NCBI GenBank assembly: GCA_030038095.1
Contig: JASHPK010000017.1
Location: 8,689 to 72,688, forward strand
DNA length: 64,000 nucleotides
Reading direction: 5' to 3'
Source of the DNA: Thermoplasmata archaeon
GTDB taxonomy: Archaea; Thermoplasmatota; Thermoplasmata; Lutacidiplasmatales; UBA184
Below are positions 9,558 through 18,616 of this stretch, one piece after another. The notes under the pieces were generated by a model. It was not told the origin of the DNA. It searched no databases and worked only from the letters and a program-made list of their open reading frames with translations. The position numbers were made by a program, and so were the translations under genes. How positions within the stretch are numbered: position 1 is the first letter of the stretch; the number at the start of each line of letters is the position of its first letter.

Positions 9558-10475
9558 GTGTCGGCCGTTGAACCTCGAGCGGTTCCGCTTCGCTCCGAGC
9601 GGAACCTCCCCGATTGGATCCGGACGCGGCCCCCCGGCGGCTCGCGGTATCCCGAGGTCCGGGACCTCCTTTCGGGCCTTCGGCTCGGCACCGTCTGTCG
9701 GGAGGCCCGGTGTCCGAACCTCTCCGAGTGCTGGTCGGCCGGGACCGCGACCCTGATGCTCCTCGGCACCGACTGCACCCGCCGCTGCACGTTCTGCGCC
9801 GTGACGACCCACTGGCCCCGCGGCGTCGTCGACGCGACCGAGCCCGAGCGGGTCGCGGCGGCGGTCCGGGCCTGGGGGCTCCGGTACGTCGTCCTGACCC
9901 AGGTCTGCCGCGACGACCTCGCGGACGGCGGGGGCTCGGTGATGTCCGAGACCGTCGCGCGCATCCGGGCCGCCTCGCCCGGGACCCGAATCGAGCTCCT
10001 CATCGGCGATCTGGCGGGGAACGACGAGTCGCTCGCCACGGTCCTCGCCCGGCCGCCCGACGTCCTCGCGCACAATCTCGAGACCGTACGGACGCTCTCG
10101 CGGGAGGTGCGCGACCCCCGAGCCGGCTACGACCGCTCGCTCCGCGTCCTCCGCCGGGCCCGCGAGATGGGCCGTCCGGACCTCGTCACGAAGAGCTCCC
10201 TCATGCTCGGCCTCGGGGAGAGCCTCGGGGAGCTCGAGGTCGCGTTCCGCGACCTCCGAGCCGCGGGGGTGGATCTCCTGACCCTCGGCCAGTACCTTCG
10301 CCCCGGGGTGGAGCACCGGCCGGTATCTCGCTACGTCCCCCCGGAGGAGTTCTCGGCGCTCGGAGACGCCGCTCGGGGGGCGGGATTCCTCGGCGTCGAG
10401 TCCGGCCCGCTGGTGCGGAGCTCCTACCATGCCGAGCAACTCTACCAGCGCGCCGTCGAGCACCGGCGGAGGTGA
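9558..10475 (+). CDS. lipA: lipoyl synthase
   Basis: N-terminal cluster motif CREARCPNLSEC and radical-SAM motif CTRRCTFCAV; the C-terminal SSYHA-like motif is present. Confidence 0.9.
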   Translation: MSAVEPRAVPLRSERNLPDWIRTRPPGGSRYPEVRDLLSGLRLGTVCREARCPNLSECWSAGTATLMLLGTDCTRRCTFCAVTTHWPRGVVDATEPERVAAAVRAWGLRYVVLTQVCRDDLADGGGSVMSETVARIRAASPGTRIELLIGDLAGNDESLATVLARPPDVLAHNLETVRTLSREVRDPRAGYDRSLRVLRRAREMGRPDLVTKSSLMLGLGESLGELEVAFRDLRAAGVDLLTLGQYLRPGVEHRPVSRYVPPEEFSALGDAARGAGFLGVESGPLVRSSYHAEQLYQRAVEHRRR

Positions 10476-10478
10476 GCC

Positions 10479-10844
10479 GTGGCGAAGAAGGTGCGCCGGA
10501 AGCTGGAAGAGGAGGAGGCGGCGGCCTTCGAATTCCCCGTATTCGACGAGGTCGCGTTCATGCGCAAGGAGTTCGATCTCGGCATGGGGCTCGCGCTTGC
10601 CGGCATGCTGGCGCTCGTGGCCGGGTTTGCCTCCTGGGCGCTGACCGTGAGCGGCGTACCCTGGTGGGGGCCGTTCCTCCTCGGGCTGCTCATCGTCGCG
10701 CTCACCCCGGTCGTGATCGGTCGGATCCGGCCGTCCACCCACATCTACACGAAGGGCGACTGGGCGGGGCTCATCGCGCTGGTCTTCTTCGCCTGGCTCG
10801 CGGTGTGGTTCGTGCTCGTGAACGTCGCCGCGGCCCCGATCTAG
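10479..10844 (+). CDS. hypothetical membrane protein (3 predicted TM helices)
   Basis: 121 aa. Charged N-terminus then hydrophobic stretches LALAGMLALVAGFASWAL, GPFLLGLLIVALTPVVIG and LIALVFFAWLAVWFVLV. Confidence 0.5.
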   Translation: MAKKVRRKLEEEEAAAFEFPVFDEVAFMRKEFDLGMGLALAGMLALVAGFASWALTVSGVPWWGPFLLGLLIVALTPVVIGRIRPSTHIYTKGDWAGLIALVFFAWLAVWFVLVNVAAAPI

Positions 10845-12247
10845 GCCCGACGGAGCCACGGCAGGCGCTTCTCCAATAGCTCCTCGAGCGCCGCGGCGAG
10901 GGCCGGGGTCTCCGCTGCGTCCGAGAGCGGCCGCACGACGATCGCGCCCGGATCGGGGGGCGTCAGATCCTTGCCCAAGGAGAGGCGCGGGAGCATCGAG
11001 CGCACCGCGGACTCCAGATCGACCTCCCCCCGGCGTGTCTCGACCGCGAGCTTCCCGTCGGGGCGCACGTAGGGCCCCTGCAGCACGGGCGCTCCCGGCT
11101 CGGTCCACTTCTCGAGGAAGTGACCGACCCGGTCGAGGCCCGCGGGCGGACCGTCCTGGGCCCGAACGAGCGGGCGGCGCGCGTGCGCGACCTCGACCGC
11201 CACGAGGACGGAGCCGGTGTCGGTCGCGCTCGCCGATCCGACGACGGAGAAGTCCGAGCGGCCGATCTCCTCGACGAGCACGCGCTCCGCCTTGCGCACC
11301 TGGGGATAGAGCGTGTCGTCGACGAGATCCGGGCGCGGCAGCGTGACCACCGTGACATGCGTGCCCCGCTCGTGGACTCGGGCGGCGGCCGCCGCGCGGG
11401 AGATTGGGGCCCGCGAGCGGACCTCGAAGAACGACTCCGCGGGCCCCTCGAGGTAGGCCCCGGCCGCGAGCACGAAGAGCGCGAGGTTCCTGCGGGAGAG
11501 GGCGCTCGCGACGTTCCGATTCGGGTCGACCGGGTCCGCGAGGACGAGGGCGACGTCGGCCGGCAGCCGCGGCGGTTCGTGCCCCGGTTCGGCGAGCTTC
11601 ACCGGCAGCCGCCAGGTGCGGGCTACCGAGAGGAGCCCGCGGAACGACCCGGCGCGCAGGACGAGGAGCTCGGTGAGATAGCCCGAGAAGCCTTCCGTGC
11701 GCGCCTCGGAGCCGTACACCCCGAGGGCCCGCAGGAACTGCTTGGCGAGCCGCACCTGGGCGACGAGCTCGGGGGTCTCCCGGGCCTCGAGATACGCCTG
11801 GTGGTAGGGGGTCCGGTCGACGGGGGAGAGCGGACGAGACGGATCGGGCACGGCGTAGCCCGGCACCGCGTCGACGTGGAACCCTTCGTACCGTCCCCTC
11901 AGGTACGGGTGTTCCGCGTAGCGGGTCTCGGGCTCGCTGAGGACCGCGCGGCCGAGGGCGAGGCCCTCCTCCCGGAGCCGATCGCGACCGAGATCCGCCG
12001 GGAAGAGGAGGAACAGGTCGATGTCGAGACGGTCCGGAAGGAACGTGCCTCGGGCGGCGCTGCCGGCGATGACCGCACGGATGAGGGGGCTGGCCCGGGT
12101 CCGTGCCGCGTCCGCGACCCGGTCGAGGAGCTCCTGGCGCACCCGCGCCACCCGCTCGAGGAACTCGGGATCGGGCGTGATCCGGGCGAGGACCGCCGCT
12201 TCGACCCGGTCGGCCATCGCCCCCGCGGCGGTGGAAGGGCCGGTCAT
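10841..12247 (-). CDS. cca: archaeal (class I) CCA-adding tRNA nucleotidyltransferase
   Basis: GSAARGTFLPDRLDIDLFLLF nucleotidyltransferase motif; RTPYHQAYL, AKQFLRALGVYGSE and GFSGYLTELLV are typical of archaeal CCA enzymes. Start at ATG 12247 (Met76 of ORF 10841..12472). Confidence 0.85.
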   Translation of the reverse strand: MTGPSTAAGAMADRVEAAVLARITPDPEFLERVARVRQELLDRVADAARTRASPLIRAVIAGSAARGTFLPDRLDIDLFLLFPADLGRDRLREEGLALGRAVLSEPETRYAEHPYLRGRYEGFHVDAVPGYAVPDPSRPLSPVDRTPYHQAYLEARETPELVAQVRLAKQFLRALGVYGSEARTEGFSGYLTELLVLRAGSFRGLLSVARTWRLPVKLAEPGHEPPRLPADVALVLADPVDPNRNVASALSRRNLALFVLAAGAYLEGPAESFFEVRSRAPISRAAAAARVHERGTHVTVVTLPRPDLVDDTLYPQVRKAERVLVEEIGRSDFSVVGSASATDTGSVLVAVEVAHARRPLVRAQDGPPAGLDRVGHFLEKWTEPGAPVLQGPYVRPDGKLAVETRRGEVDLESAVRSMLPRLSLGKDLTPPDPGAIVVRPLSDAAETPALAAALEELLEKRLPWLRRA

Positions 12248-12344
12248 CGCCGACCCGGGACCCTCCCGCGCACATGAACCTTCGGTCGCCTCGGCCGGAA
12301 CCATCCTTATTCGGTTCGTCGCGCTAATCTTCCCCGAGGAAGAG

Positions 12345-13412
12345 ATGGCGCTCGCGATGGGGCAGCGGGCCACGCTGTTCGAGCCCCTCGAGGGAGGGAA
12401 GGTGCGCTGCACCGCCTGCGCCCGGTACTGCACCATCCCGGAGGGTTCGCACGGCTTCTGTTTCGTCCGCAAGAACGTCGAGGGTTCGCTCGTGCTCTTG
12501 AGCTACGGCAAAGCGTCCGCCGTCCAGGTCGACCCCGTCGAGAAGAAGCCGCTGTCCCACTTCCACCCGGGTACGCGCGTCTACTCGATCGGCACCGTCG
12601 GCTGCAACTGGCGGTGCCTCTACTGCCAGAACGCGGAGATCTCCCAGGAGCGGGAGGTCGTGGGCCGGGAGCTCTCCCCCCGGGCGGCGGTCGCGGGCGC
12701 CCGTCGCTACGGCTGTGCGGGCGTGACGTTCACCTACAACGAACCGACGATCTTCGCCGAGTACGCCCTCGACGTCATCCGGGAGGCCCATGCCACCGGG
12801 CTCTTCGCCAACTTCGTGACGAACGGGTACATGACGCCCGAGGCCGTGGCGCTCATCGGCCCGCACCTCGACGCGGTGAGCGTCGACTTCAAGGGGAGCG
12901 GCGAGCCCGGGTTCTTGCGAAAGTACATCAGCGCGAAGGGTCCGGAACCGATCTTCGCGAGCGCCGTCGACCTCCAGCGGCGTGGGGTCCACGTCGAGAT
13001 CACCGATCTCATCGTGCCGGAAGTGGGGGAGTCGGTTGAGGCGACCCGGAAGCTCGCCCGCTTCGTGGTCGACGAGCTCGGCCCGAAGACCCCGTTCCAC
13101 CTATTGCGGTTCCACCCGGACTACAAGATGATGGACCTGCCCGAGACCCCGGTGCGGACGCTCGAGAGGCTCCACGCCGTCGCGAAGGCGGAGGGCCTCG
13201 AGTACGCGTACCTCGGGAACGTCTGGGGGCACCGGCTCGAGCACACCTACTGCCCCGGCTGCGGCGCGATCGCCGTCCGCCGTTTCGGTTTCACGATCCA
13301 GGCGTGGAACCTCGACGCGCAGAACCGGTGCCGCGCTTGCGGCGAGGCGATCCCGATCGTGGGACGGCTCCCCGATGACTACGCCCCGGCGTTCGCGACG
13401 CCGGTGCGTTGA
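12345..13412 (+). CDS. radical SAM enzyme, AmmeMemoRadiSam / PflA-like activase family
   Basis: ATG 12345 inside ORF 12021..13412. N-terminal Cys motif CTACARYC...GFC, radical-SAM GCNWRCLYCQN, C-terminal CPGCG...CRACG zinc ribbon. Confidence 0.8.
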   Translation: MALAMGQRATLFEPLEGGKVRCTACARYCTIPEGSHGFCFVRKNVEGSLVLLSYGKASAVQVDPVEKKPLSHFHPGTRVYSIGTVGCNWRCLYCQNAEISQEREVVGRELSPRAAVAGARRYGCAGVTFTYNEPTIFAEYALDVIREAHATGLFANFVTNGYMTPEAVALIGPHLDAVSVDFKGSGEPGFLRKYISAKGPEPIFASAVDLQRRGVHVEITDLIVPEVGESVEATRKLARFVVDELGPKTPFHLLRFHPDYKMMDLPETPVRTLERLHAVAKAEGLEYAYLGNVWGHRLEHTYCPGCGAIAVRRFGFTIQAWNLDAQNRCRACGEAIPIVGRLPDDYAPAFATPVR

Positions 13413-14208
13413 GCCCGCCGGAGCGCGCCGCCGCCGCGGCGGGCGGCCGCGCGAAGGGCCGCGCTTCCACCACCAGATGGAGCGGGATCTCCGCGATCAT
13501 CCGGCCCTGGGAGCTCTTCTCGAGGATCTCGGGAAGCGGGGCCGGCTCCTCCAGGCGAACGATCGCGAGCCCCGCCTCGCGGAGGTACCGGGCGTAGGTG
13601 GCAAGGGTACGGTGGTACGACTTCGTCCACCGCTTCTTGGTCTCGGAGATCTTCCACGGGACGTCGATCTCCCGTTCCTCGCGGTAGCGTCGTACCTTCC
13701 TCCAGATCTTTTCCTCGTAGAGGGCGAGTTCGGTGACCCACGTCGACTCGGTGTCGACGTCGAAGCACGGGTGACTGATCGAGAAGACGAAACGGCCCTC
13801 GGGGCGGAGGACGCGCGCGACCTCCCTGACCGCCGCCGCGGCGTGCCGGATGTCCATGAGGGTCATGTTCGCCACGACGAGGTCGAACGACTGACCGGAT
13901 GTTCCGGTGAGCCGCGCGGCATCGCGCACCTGGAAGCGGACCCCGAGAGGCGCCGCGCGCTCGCGGCGACGCGCGAACGCGAGGGTCGGCGCGGATCGAT
14001 CGATCCCCACCACCCGAGCGCCGGCGCGCGCGAACCGGCGGGAGAGGTATCCGTTGCCGCATCCGAGGTCGAGCAGGTCGAGCCCCCGCACGTCGCCGAC
14101 GACGTCGAGCAGGGTAGGATCAATCAGCGCTCGATGCCAGAGGTCGCCGGTTTCCCCGAGCCTGAAGTCCCTCCAGGCCGCGATCTCGTCCCAACCTCCT
14201 TCGCTCAT
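13291..14208 (-). CDS. class I SAM-dependent methyltransferase
   Basis: ATG 14208 (MSEGGWDEI). Motif I LLDLGCGNGYL and motif post-I VVGIDRS. The low-complexity C-terminal tail overlaps the convergent gene by 122 nt. Confidence 0.75.
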   Translation of the reverse strand: MSEGGWDEIAAWRDFRLGETGDLWHRALIDPTLLDVVGDVRGLDLLDLGCGNGYLSRRFARAGARVVGIDRSAPTLAFARRRERAAPLGVRFQVRDAARLTGTSGQSFDLVVANMTLMDIRHAAAAVREVARVLRPEGRFVFSISHPCFDVDTESTWVTELALYEEKIWRKVRRYREEREIDVPWKISETKKRWTKSYHRTLATYARYLREAGLAIVRLEEPAPLPEILEKSSQGRMIAEIPLHLVVEARPFARPPAAAAARSGGLNAPASRTPGRSHRGAVPRSGSPRRKRGTGSARRGSTPGS

Positions 14209-14394
14209 GCTCGTCCTGAAGGGGAGAGATGGTCCTTCATCTCCCTTCTTCGCCTGCTCCGGGCCTCGGACGAGGGGGCGCGCTCCGTCCGTGGGCGGAT
14301 CCCCGAGAGACGGGAGAGATCTGGGACGGATTCCGGGTCCTTCTCGGAAAACGAACAAAACCCGCCTCCTCCCTCATTCGGTCGAGGGAGTCGG

Positions 14395-14925
14395 ATGTCG
14401 AATCGACGCGGAATCGTGACGGTGATCGGGGCGCTGGCGGTGGCGGGGATCCTCGGGATCGGCGGAGGCGCGACCCTCGTCCTCGCCGCGATCGCGGACG
14501 GGGCGAACGGGTCCGCCGGGTCCTCGGCGGTCCCGGGCCAAGCCTGCCCCGCGCCGAGCAACTCCACCAACTCGAGTTCGGCCAATGTCTCCCGCGACAA
14601 CGCGAGCCTACCCGCGCCCTGCGGCTGCCCGCCGCCCCCCCGGAACGGCACGGCACCGCCGAGTCCGTCAGGTCCGGCGCGGCCCCCTCCACTCCCGTGC
14701 GGGTGCCCTCCCCCAAGCCGAGGCAACGATACCGTTCCGGCGAACTCGACGAACTTCTCTGGCCCACCGCCGAGCGGCTGCGGGTGCCTCCCTCCGCCAA
14801 TCGGTCCGGGGGGTACGACCGGGAACACCTCCGCCCTGCCCCCGGTGGCTCCTCCGGTTCCCGGATGCCGTCCGCCGGTCTACCCGGGCGGTTCGCCCAC
14901 GGGTCTTGGAGCGGCTCGTACGTAG
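14395..14925 (+). CDS. membrane-anchored Cys/Pro-rich protein with many N-glycosylation sequons
   Basis: ATG 14395 inside ORF 13375..14925. N-terminal TM IVTVIGALAVAGILGIGGGATLVLAAI. Repeated PCGCPPPP / PCGCPPPS / GCGCLPPP / PGCRPP units. About 10 N-x-S/T sequons. Confidence 0.5.
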   Translation: MSNRRGIVTVIGALAVAGILGIGGGATLVLAAIADGANGSAGSSAVPGQACPAPSNSTNSSSANVSRDNASLPAPCGCPPPPRNGTAPPSPSGPARPPPLPCGCPPPSRGNDTVPANSTNFSGPPPSGCGCLPPPIGPGGTTGNTSALPPVAPPVPGCRPPVYPGGSPTGLGAART

Positions 14926-15050
14926 GCGGAGGGGGATCAGTCGTCGGAGGTGTCGGCCGAGGCGCTTCGCCCGGGCCACAACCCGCCCGGGGAGCCCGCC
15001 GCTAGACCCGCGGGTCCTTCGTCAGTTCCTGAACGCGATCCACGAGCGGC

Positions 15051-16763
15051 TCAGGCCTCGGGGGCCCGGCGCGCGAGCGGAGAGAATCCGCTCGGCGCCG
15101 GGGGGACGGCCGAAATCGCCGCCGTGCCGGGGGCGGAGGCACCCGTGAACGGTAGGTTGTCCATCGAGCCAATCGTCGCGCGGTGGTCGGCGGACGTCGT
15201 GGGATAGGGGCCGCGGTGGACTCCCTTCGAGCCGACCGAGATCAGGAGAATCGAGTGGGTGGGGACTCGGATCGTGTTCCCGATCGTGATCGAGCTCGAG
15301 GTGGGCAGCCCACTCCCGCTCTTCCACAGGTACTCGGTCGCGCTGGCCCCGAATTCGAGCCGCGACTCCGAGAGGTTCACCTGGGCGGCGTGGGTGGTGT
15401 TCACGTTGACCAGGAGCAACGAGAGTCCGGACCCTCGGGTGAACGTCGCGGAAGCCATCAGCCACGACGGGCCCGCGACCGTGGTCGTCAAGGTCCCGTT
15501 CTCGAGATGGTTCAGCATATCCTCGAACAGGTAGTACTGCATCTGCCAGGTCTTGCCCCCTTGCGACCACGCTCCCTGGTACGTGCAGACGTAGCAGAAC
15601 CAGTCGAGGTTGCTCACCTGAAGGTTGAGACCCTGGGTCACTTCGGCCGCGATGTAGAGCGGACCTGCGAACGTGGTGAGGAGGTCCGTGTAACTGTTCA
15701 GCTGGGCCGCGTTGATCTCCGAGACGAACACCTGAAGGTTCGTGCACGTGGGACACGCCGCCTGGATGTAGGAGCGGTCGGCCTCGACCTGGGCCGGGAG
15801 CGAGTAGATGCCGTGCAAGTTCGCGAAGAGCTCCGCCCAGCTCGGATTCGTGGGCCCGCCACCGTTGATGTAGGAGTGAATGGTGATGCCCGAGAGCACC
15901 GTACCGTCGACCGCCGCGAGCTCGGAGACCCACGACTTGTCGTAGTAGATCCCGTTGCTTTGGACCCAGTCGGTCGTCCCGAGGGCGAGGAAGTGCGCCC
16001 CGGGGTCGACGAGCGTCACCGCGGTGATGATCGTTCCGACCTCCAAGGCGAAGCCGACCGGGGTCGTGTTGCCCCCGCCCTTCGTCGCCCACTGGCTCCA
16101 CGGGGTCTTGTAATGGGTCCAACCGCTCGGGTCGTTACCGATCTCCCAGTACGCGGGCTGGAACTTCAGCGTGTGCACGACGTAGTTCGCATAGTACGCG
16201 TCGGTCGCCGGAGAGTCGATCTCGGCCGGAAGCTGGAGAATCGCGTGGCAGTTGAACGTCTCGCAGGTCGATACGAATTGGGCCACGGTCGTCCCGGCGT
16301 TGGACTGGGCGCCGTTCGTGGCGGTGATCACACCGGAGGTGTAGTTGTACTCCTCGCCCAGAAGGCCCCCGGGGAACCGGATGTAGTCGACCGGCGTGGC
16401 GTTGATCGCGGCCGCCGCCTTGGAACCGAATCCATGGGTTGCCACGACGTTGAGGCCCCAGAACGCGGAAGGAATCGGTTGGACGAGGCGGGGTGCGCCG
16501 ACCTCGACGGCGGCGCTCACGGCGGGTACGCTGTGACTCCTGTGGCTTCCGGTGGTGACGGAGGGGAACGCGGCCGGAGCGGCGGCCGAGGAAGTCGGAG
16601 AGCGGCTCGCGGCGGACGTGGTTCCGAGCACGGAGGGACCGTTCCACAGGGACGCCGGCCCGAGCGCGAGCAACGCCCCGATGGCGACCGCAGCGAGGCC
16701 GACCTTCAGCACTCGGATCCGGCCCCGGGAGGGAAACCGGCGTGCTACGTCGTATTGATTCAT
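15051..16763 (-). CDS. secreted clan GH-A-like (TIM-barrel) glycoside hydrolase homolog
   Basis: 570 aa. N-terminal anchor/signal RIRVLKVGLAAVAIGALLALG. IRFPGGLLGEEYNY and YWEIGNDPSGW resemble the GH51/39/79-type PGG and (W)E(I)GNE motifs. FVSEINAA is a candidate nucleophile region. Confidence 0.65.
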   Translation of the reverse strand: MNQYDVARRFPSRGRIRVLKVGLAAVAIGALLALGPASLWNGPSVLGTTSAASRSPTSSAAAPAAFPSVTTGSHRSHSVPAVSAAVEVGAPRLVQPIPSAFWGLNVVATHGFGSKAAAAINATPVDYIRFPGGLLGEEYNYTSGVITATNGAQSNAGTTVAQFVSTCETFNCHAILQLPAEIDSPATDAYYANYVVHTLKFQPAYWEIGNDPSGWTHYKTPWSQWATKGGGNTTPVGFALEVGTIITAVTLVDPGAHFLALGTTDWVQSNGIYYDKSWVSELAAVDGTVLSGITIHSYINGGGPTNPSWAELFANLHGIYSLPAQVEADRSYIQAACPTCTNLQVFVSEINAAQLNSYTDLLTTFAGPLYIAAEVTQGLNLQVSNLDWFCYVCTYQGAWSQGGKTWQMQYYLFEDMLNHLENGTLTTTVAGPSWLMASATFTRGSGLSLLLVNVNTTHAAQVNLSESRLEFGASATEYLWKSGSGLPTSSSITIGNTIRVPTHSILLISVGSKGVHRGPYPTTSADHRATIGSMDNLPFTGASAPGTAAISAVPPAPSGFSPLARRAPEA

Positions 16764-16884
16764 TGCTGAAGTTGTCTTGGCAGGTGGTTCTTAACCCTTT
16801 GTCTAAGCCCCGGTCCGGACAGTTCGTATCCGTTCCGACCGGAAGCATCCGGCGCGCCGCGTTCGGCAGCGGGCCTCACCGGCC

Positions 16885-17156
16885 CGTCCACTGACCCTAC
16901 AACCCTCTCGCCAGCTGGGACTGCCTCACGGCGCTCGGCTACACGGATGATTGACGGCTCGGTTTTGCCCTTGACCTCCTCCGCAAGAAGCGACGGGCGG
17001 GCGGACGGACGGTGGAACCTGGACGCCGACCAGCCGGATTGCAACGAAGAGTCGGGGCGGTGGACCGCACGGCACCCGGAGCGCCGGCCGACCCCCTTGT
17101 CCTTCGAGCCCGCGGGCCGGCCCAGCAAGATGATCACGCTCCGGCGCTCGTCGTGA
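16885..17156 (+). pseudogene. decayed 3' remnant of a paralog of the toroid-repeat gene at 18569..19606
   Basis: The remnant aligns to about the last 100 codons of that gene. YNPLASWDCLTALGY matches YYDLLVGLDCLTALGY. An in-frame TGA at 16952-16954 replaces CAA. RLGFALDLLRKKRR matches RLGYALELLRSKRR. After a frameshift near 17000, DGRWNLDADQ...HPERRPTPLSFEPAGRPSKMITL matches DGKWNLDAHQ...HPEKRPTPLVFEEAGQPSKMITL. Confidence 0.65.
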
Positions 17157-17466
17157 TTTCCCGCGTCGAGCAGCTCGGAGTCGCCCTCCGGGCTCCCCTA
17201 TCGTGACCCCGGGGAGCGACCGGTGACCTCTTTGACGCCGGTGCCCGAGGCAGCCTCGGCCGCTCGACGTTCGAAGCTCGTACGCACCCGGACGGGCAGG
17301 ATCCGCGCGTGGCCCACGGGCTGGGCCCGGATGGAGGATACCGGCGCCGGAGTTCAGAGCGAGGATGAAGACCTGCCAGAGCACGGCGTCGAGCGTCGCA
17401 GGCTACCCTGAGAGCCGCCGGAAGGAACCCTATTACCACGCCTCGCCCTCAGAGCCGTCCAGCTGC

Positions 17467-18282
17467 ATGTCGAGTGCGGGAGATCTCGGCTCCGCGTCGA
17501 CCCTCCAGTCGTGTCACCAGAACTGGACCGAGGCCATCGCATCGATCGCCAAGGATGTTCCAGGCGGAGTCGTTCTCCGTCGTGGCGGCGTGACGATCGT
17601 CCATAGCGGCCTATCGATCACGGCATTCAACTGCGCGTTCGTCCTCGACCCTACTCGAACGTTGACGGGCGTCGAGAAGGAAATCGCAGGTGCGCTGGCC
17701 CGCCACCCTCAACCCTGGTGCCTGATCTCCACCGAGGAGAACCGGCGCGCGATCGGGCCGATCGTTGAAGCCCTCCGCCTTCAACCTAGGGATGTCCTGC
17801 CGGGAATGATCTGGGAGCCTCTCCCCCGCCCGTCCCATTCGGCGCCCCAGGAACTCGAGATTCGTCGGGTCCGGGACGCGGAGGACCTCCGGATTTTCGG
17901 AAGGACCATGATGGAGGGGTTCGACGCCCCGCTCGCTCTCATGGCCCCCTGGGTGGCGGGAATCCTGTCCAAGGGATCGCTTCGGCCGACCCGCCGCAGT
18001 CTCTACCTCGGTTTAGTCAAGGATCGACCGGTCTGCACGGCCATACGGTTCACCACGAACCGCGTCGCCGGCATCTACGGAGTGAGCACCATCCCGGAAT
18101 TCCGTCGTCGGGGATTCGGGGCGGCCATCACCCGCCGGGCCGTCCTCGACGGCGGCGAGGAAGGCTGTGAACGCAGCTATCTCCAATCCTCCAAGATGGG
18201 TCGGTCGGTGTACGAAAGTCTCGGGTACCGGACGACCGAAGAGTACGTGCTCTGGCTACCGGAAGGTCCCACGAAGCGGTAG
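17467..18282 (+). CDS. GNAT-family N-acetyltransferase
   Basis: ATG 17467 inside ORF 17365..18282. C-terminal acetyl-CoA motif VSTIPEFRRRGFGAAITRRAV followed by YESLGY. Confidence 0.7.
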   Translation: MSSAGDLGSASTLQSCHQNWTEAIASIAKDVPGGVVLRRGGVTIVHSGLSITAFNCAFVLDPTRTLTGVEKEIAGALARHPQPWCLISTEENRRAIGPIVEALRLQPRDVLPGMIWEPLPRPSHSAPQELEIRRVRDAEDLRIFGRTMMEGFDAPLALMAPWVAGILSKGSLRPTRRSLYLGLVKDRPVCTAIRFTTNRVAGIYGVSTIPEFRRRGFGAAITRRAVLDGGEEGCERSYLQSSKMGRSVYESLGYRTTEEYVLWLPEGPTKR

Positions 18283-18616
18283 CGCTTCGGGGACCAAGCC
18301 GGCATCTCAAGGAGACTCCGCCCGACCCGGCCGACGGTCGGCTCGGGCAGGAACCCTCGGTTCTGTAACGTTGTCGCGGCCTCAGCTGCCGAGCCGCGTC
18401 AGATCGATCGTTCCAAAAGCTCCGGACTGTTACAGCACCGTTGAGTGCCGGGGCCCGGATACGGCGCAAATAGCTCGAATCCGATGCGAGCCGGACCCAG
18501 GTGGCCCGGGTATCGTCTGGCGCCGGGGCCCAGCGTTGTTCCCTATCAGTTGGATGGGGGCGTAACACGTGAAAAGGCGGGACTCCTATGGTCCTCTACC
18601 GTCCTCGGGAGGGTTC

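Noticed and set aside
9159-12275. 1038-aa ORF on the minus strand spanning lipA, a membrane-protein gene and cca.
   Set aside because: It is antisense or out of frame to genes with strong motif support. The translation is Arg/Gly/Pro low-complexity, typical of stop-free shadow frames in about 70% GC DNA.
13291-13412. 122-nt convergent overlap between the radical-SAM gene and the methyltransferase gene.
   Set aside because: The methyltransferase domain ends well before the overlap. The overlapping part is a low-complexity tail that most likely reflects scarcity of stop codons rather than functional overlap.
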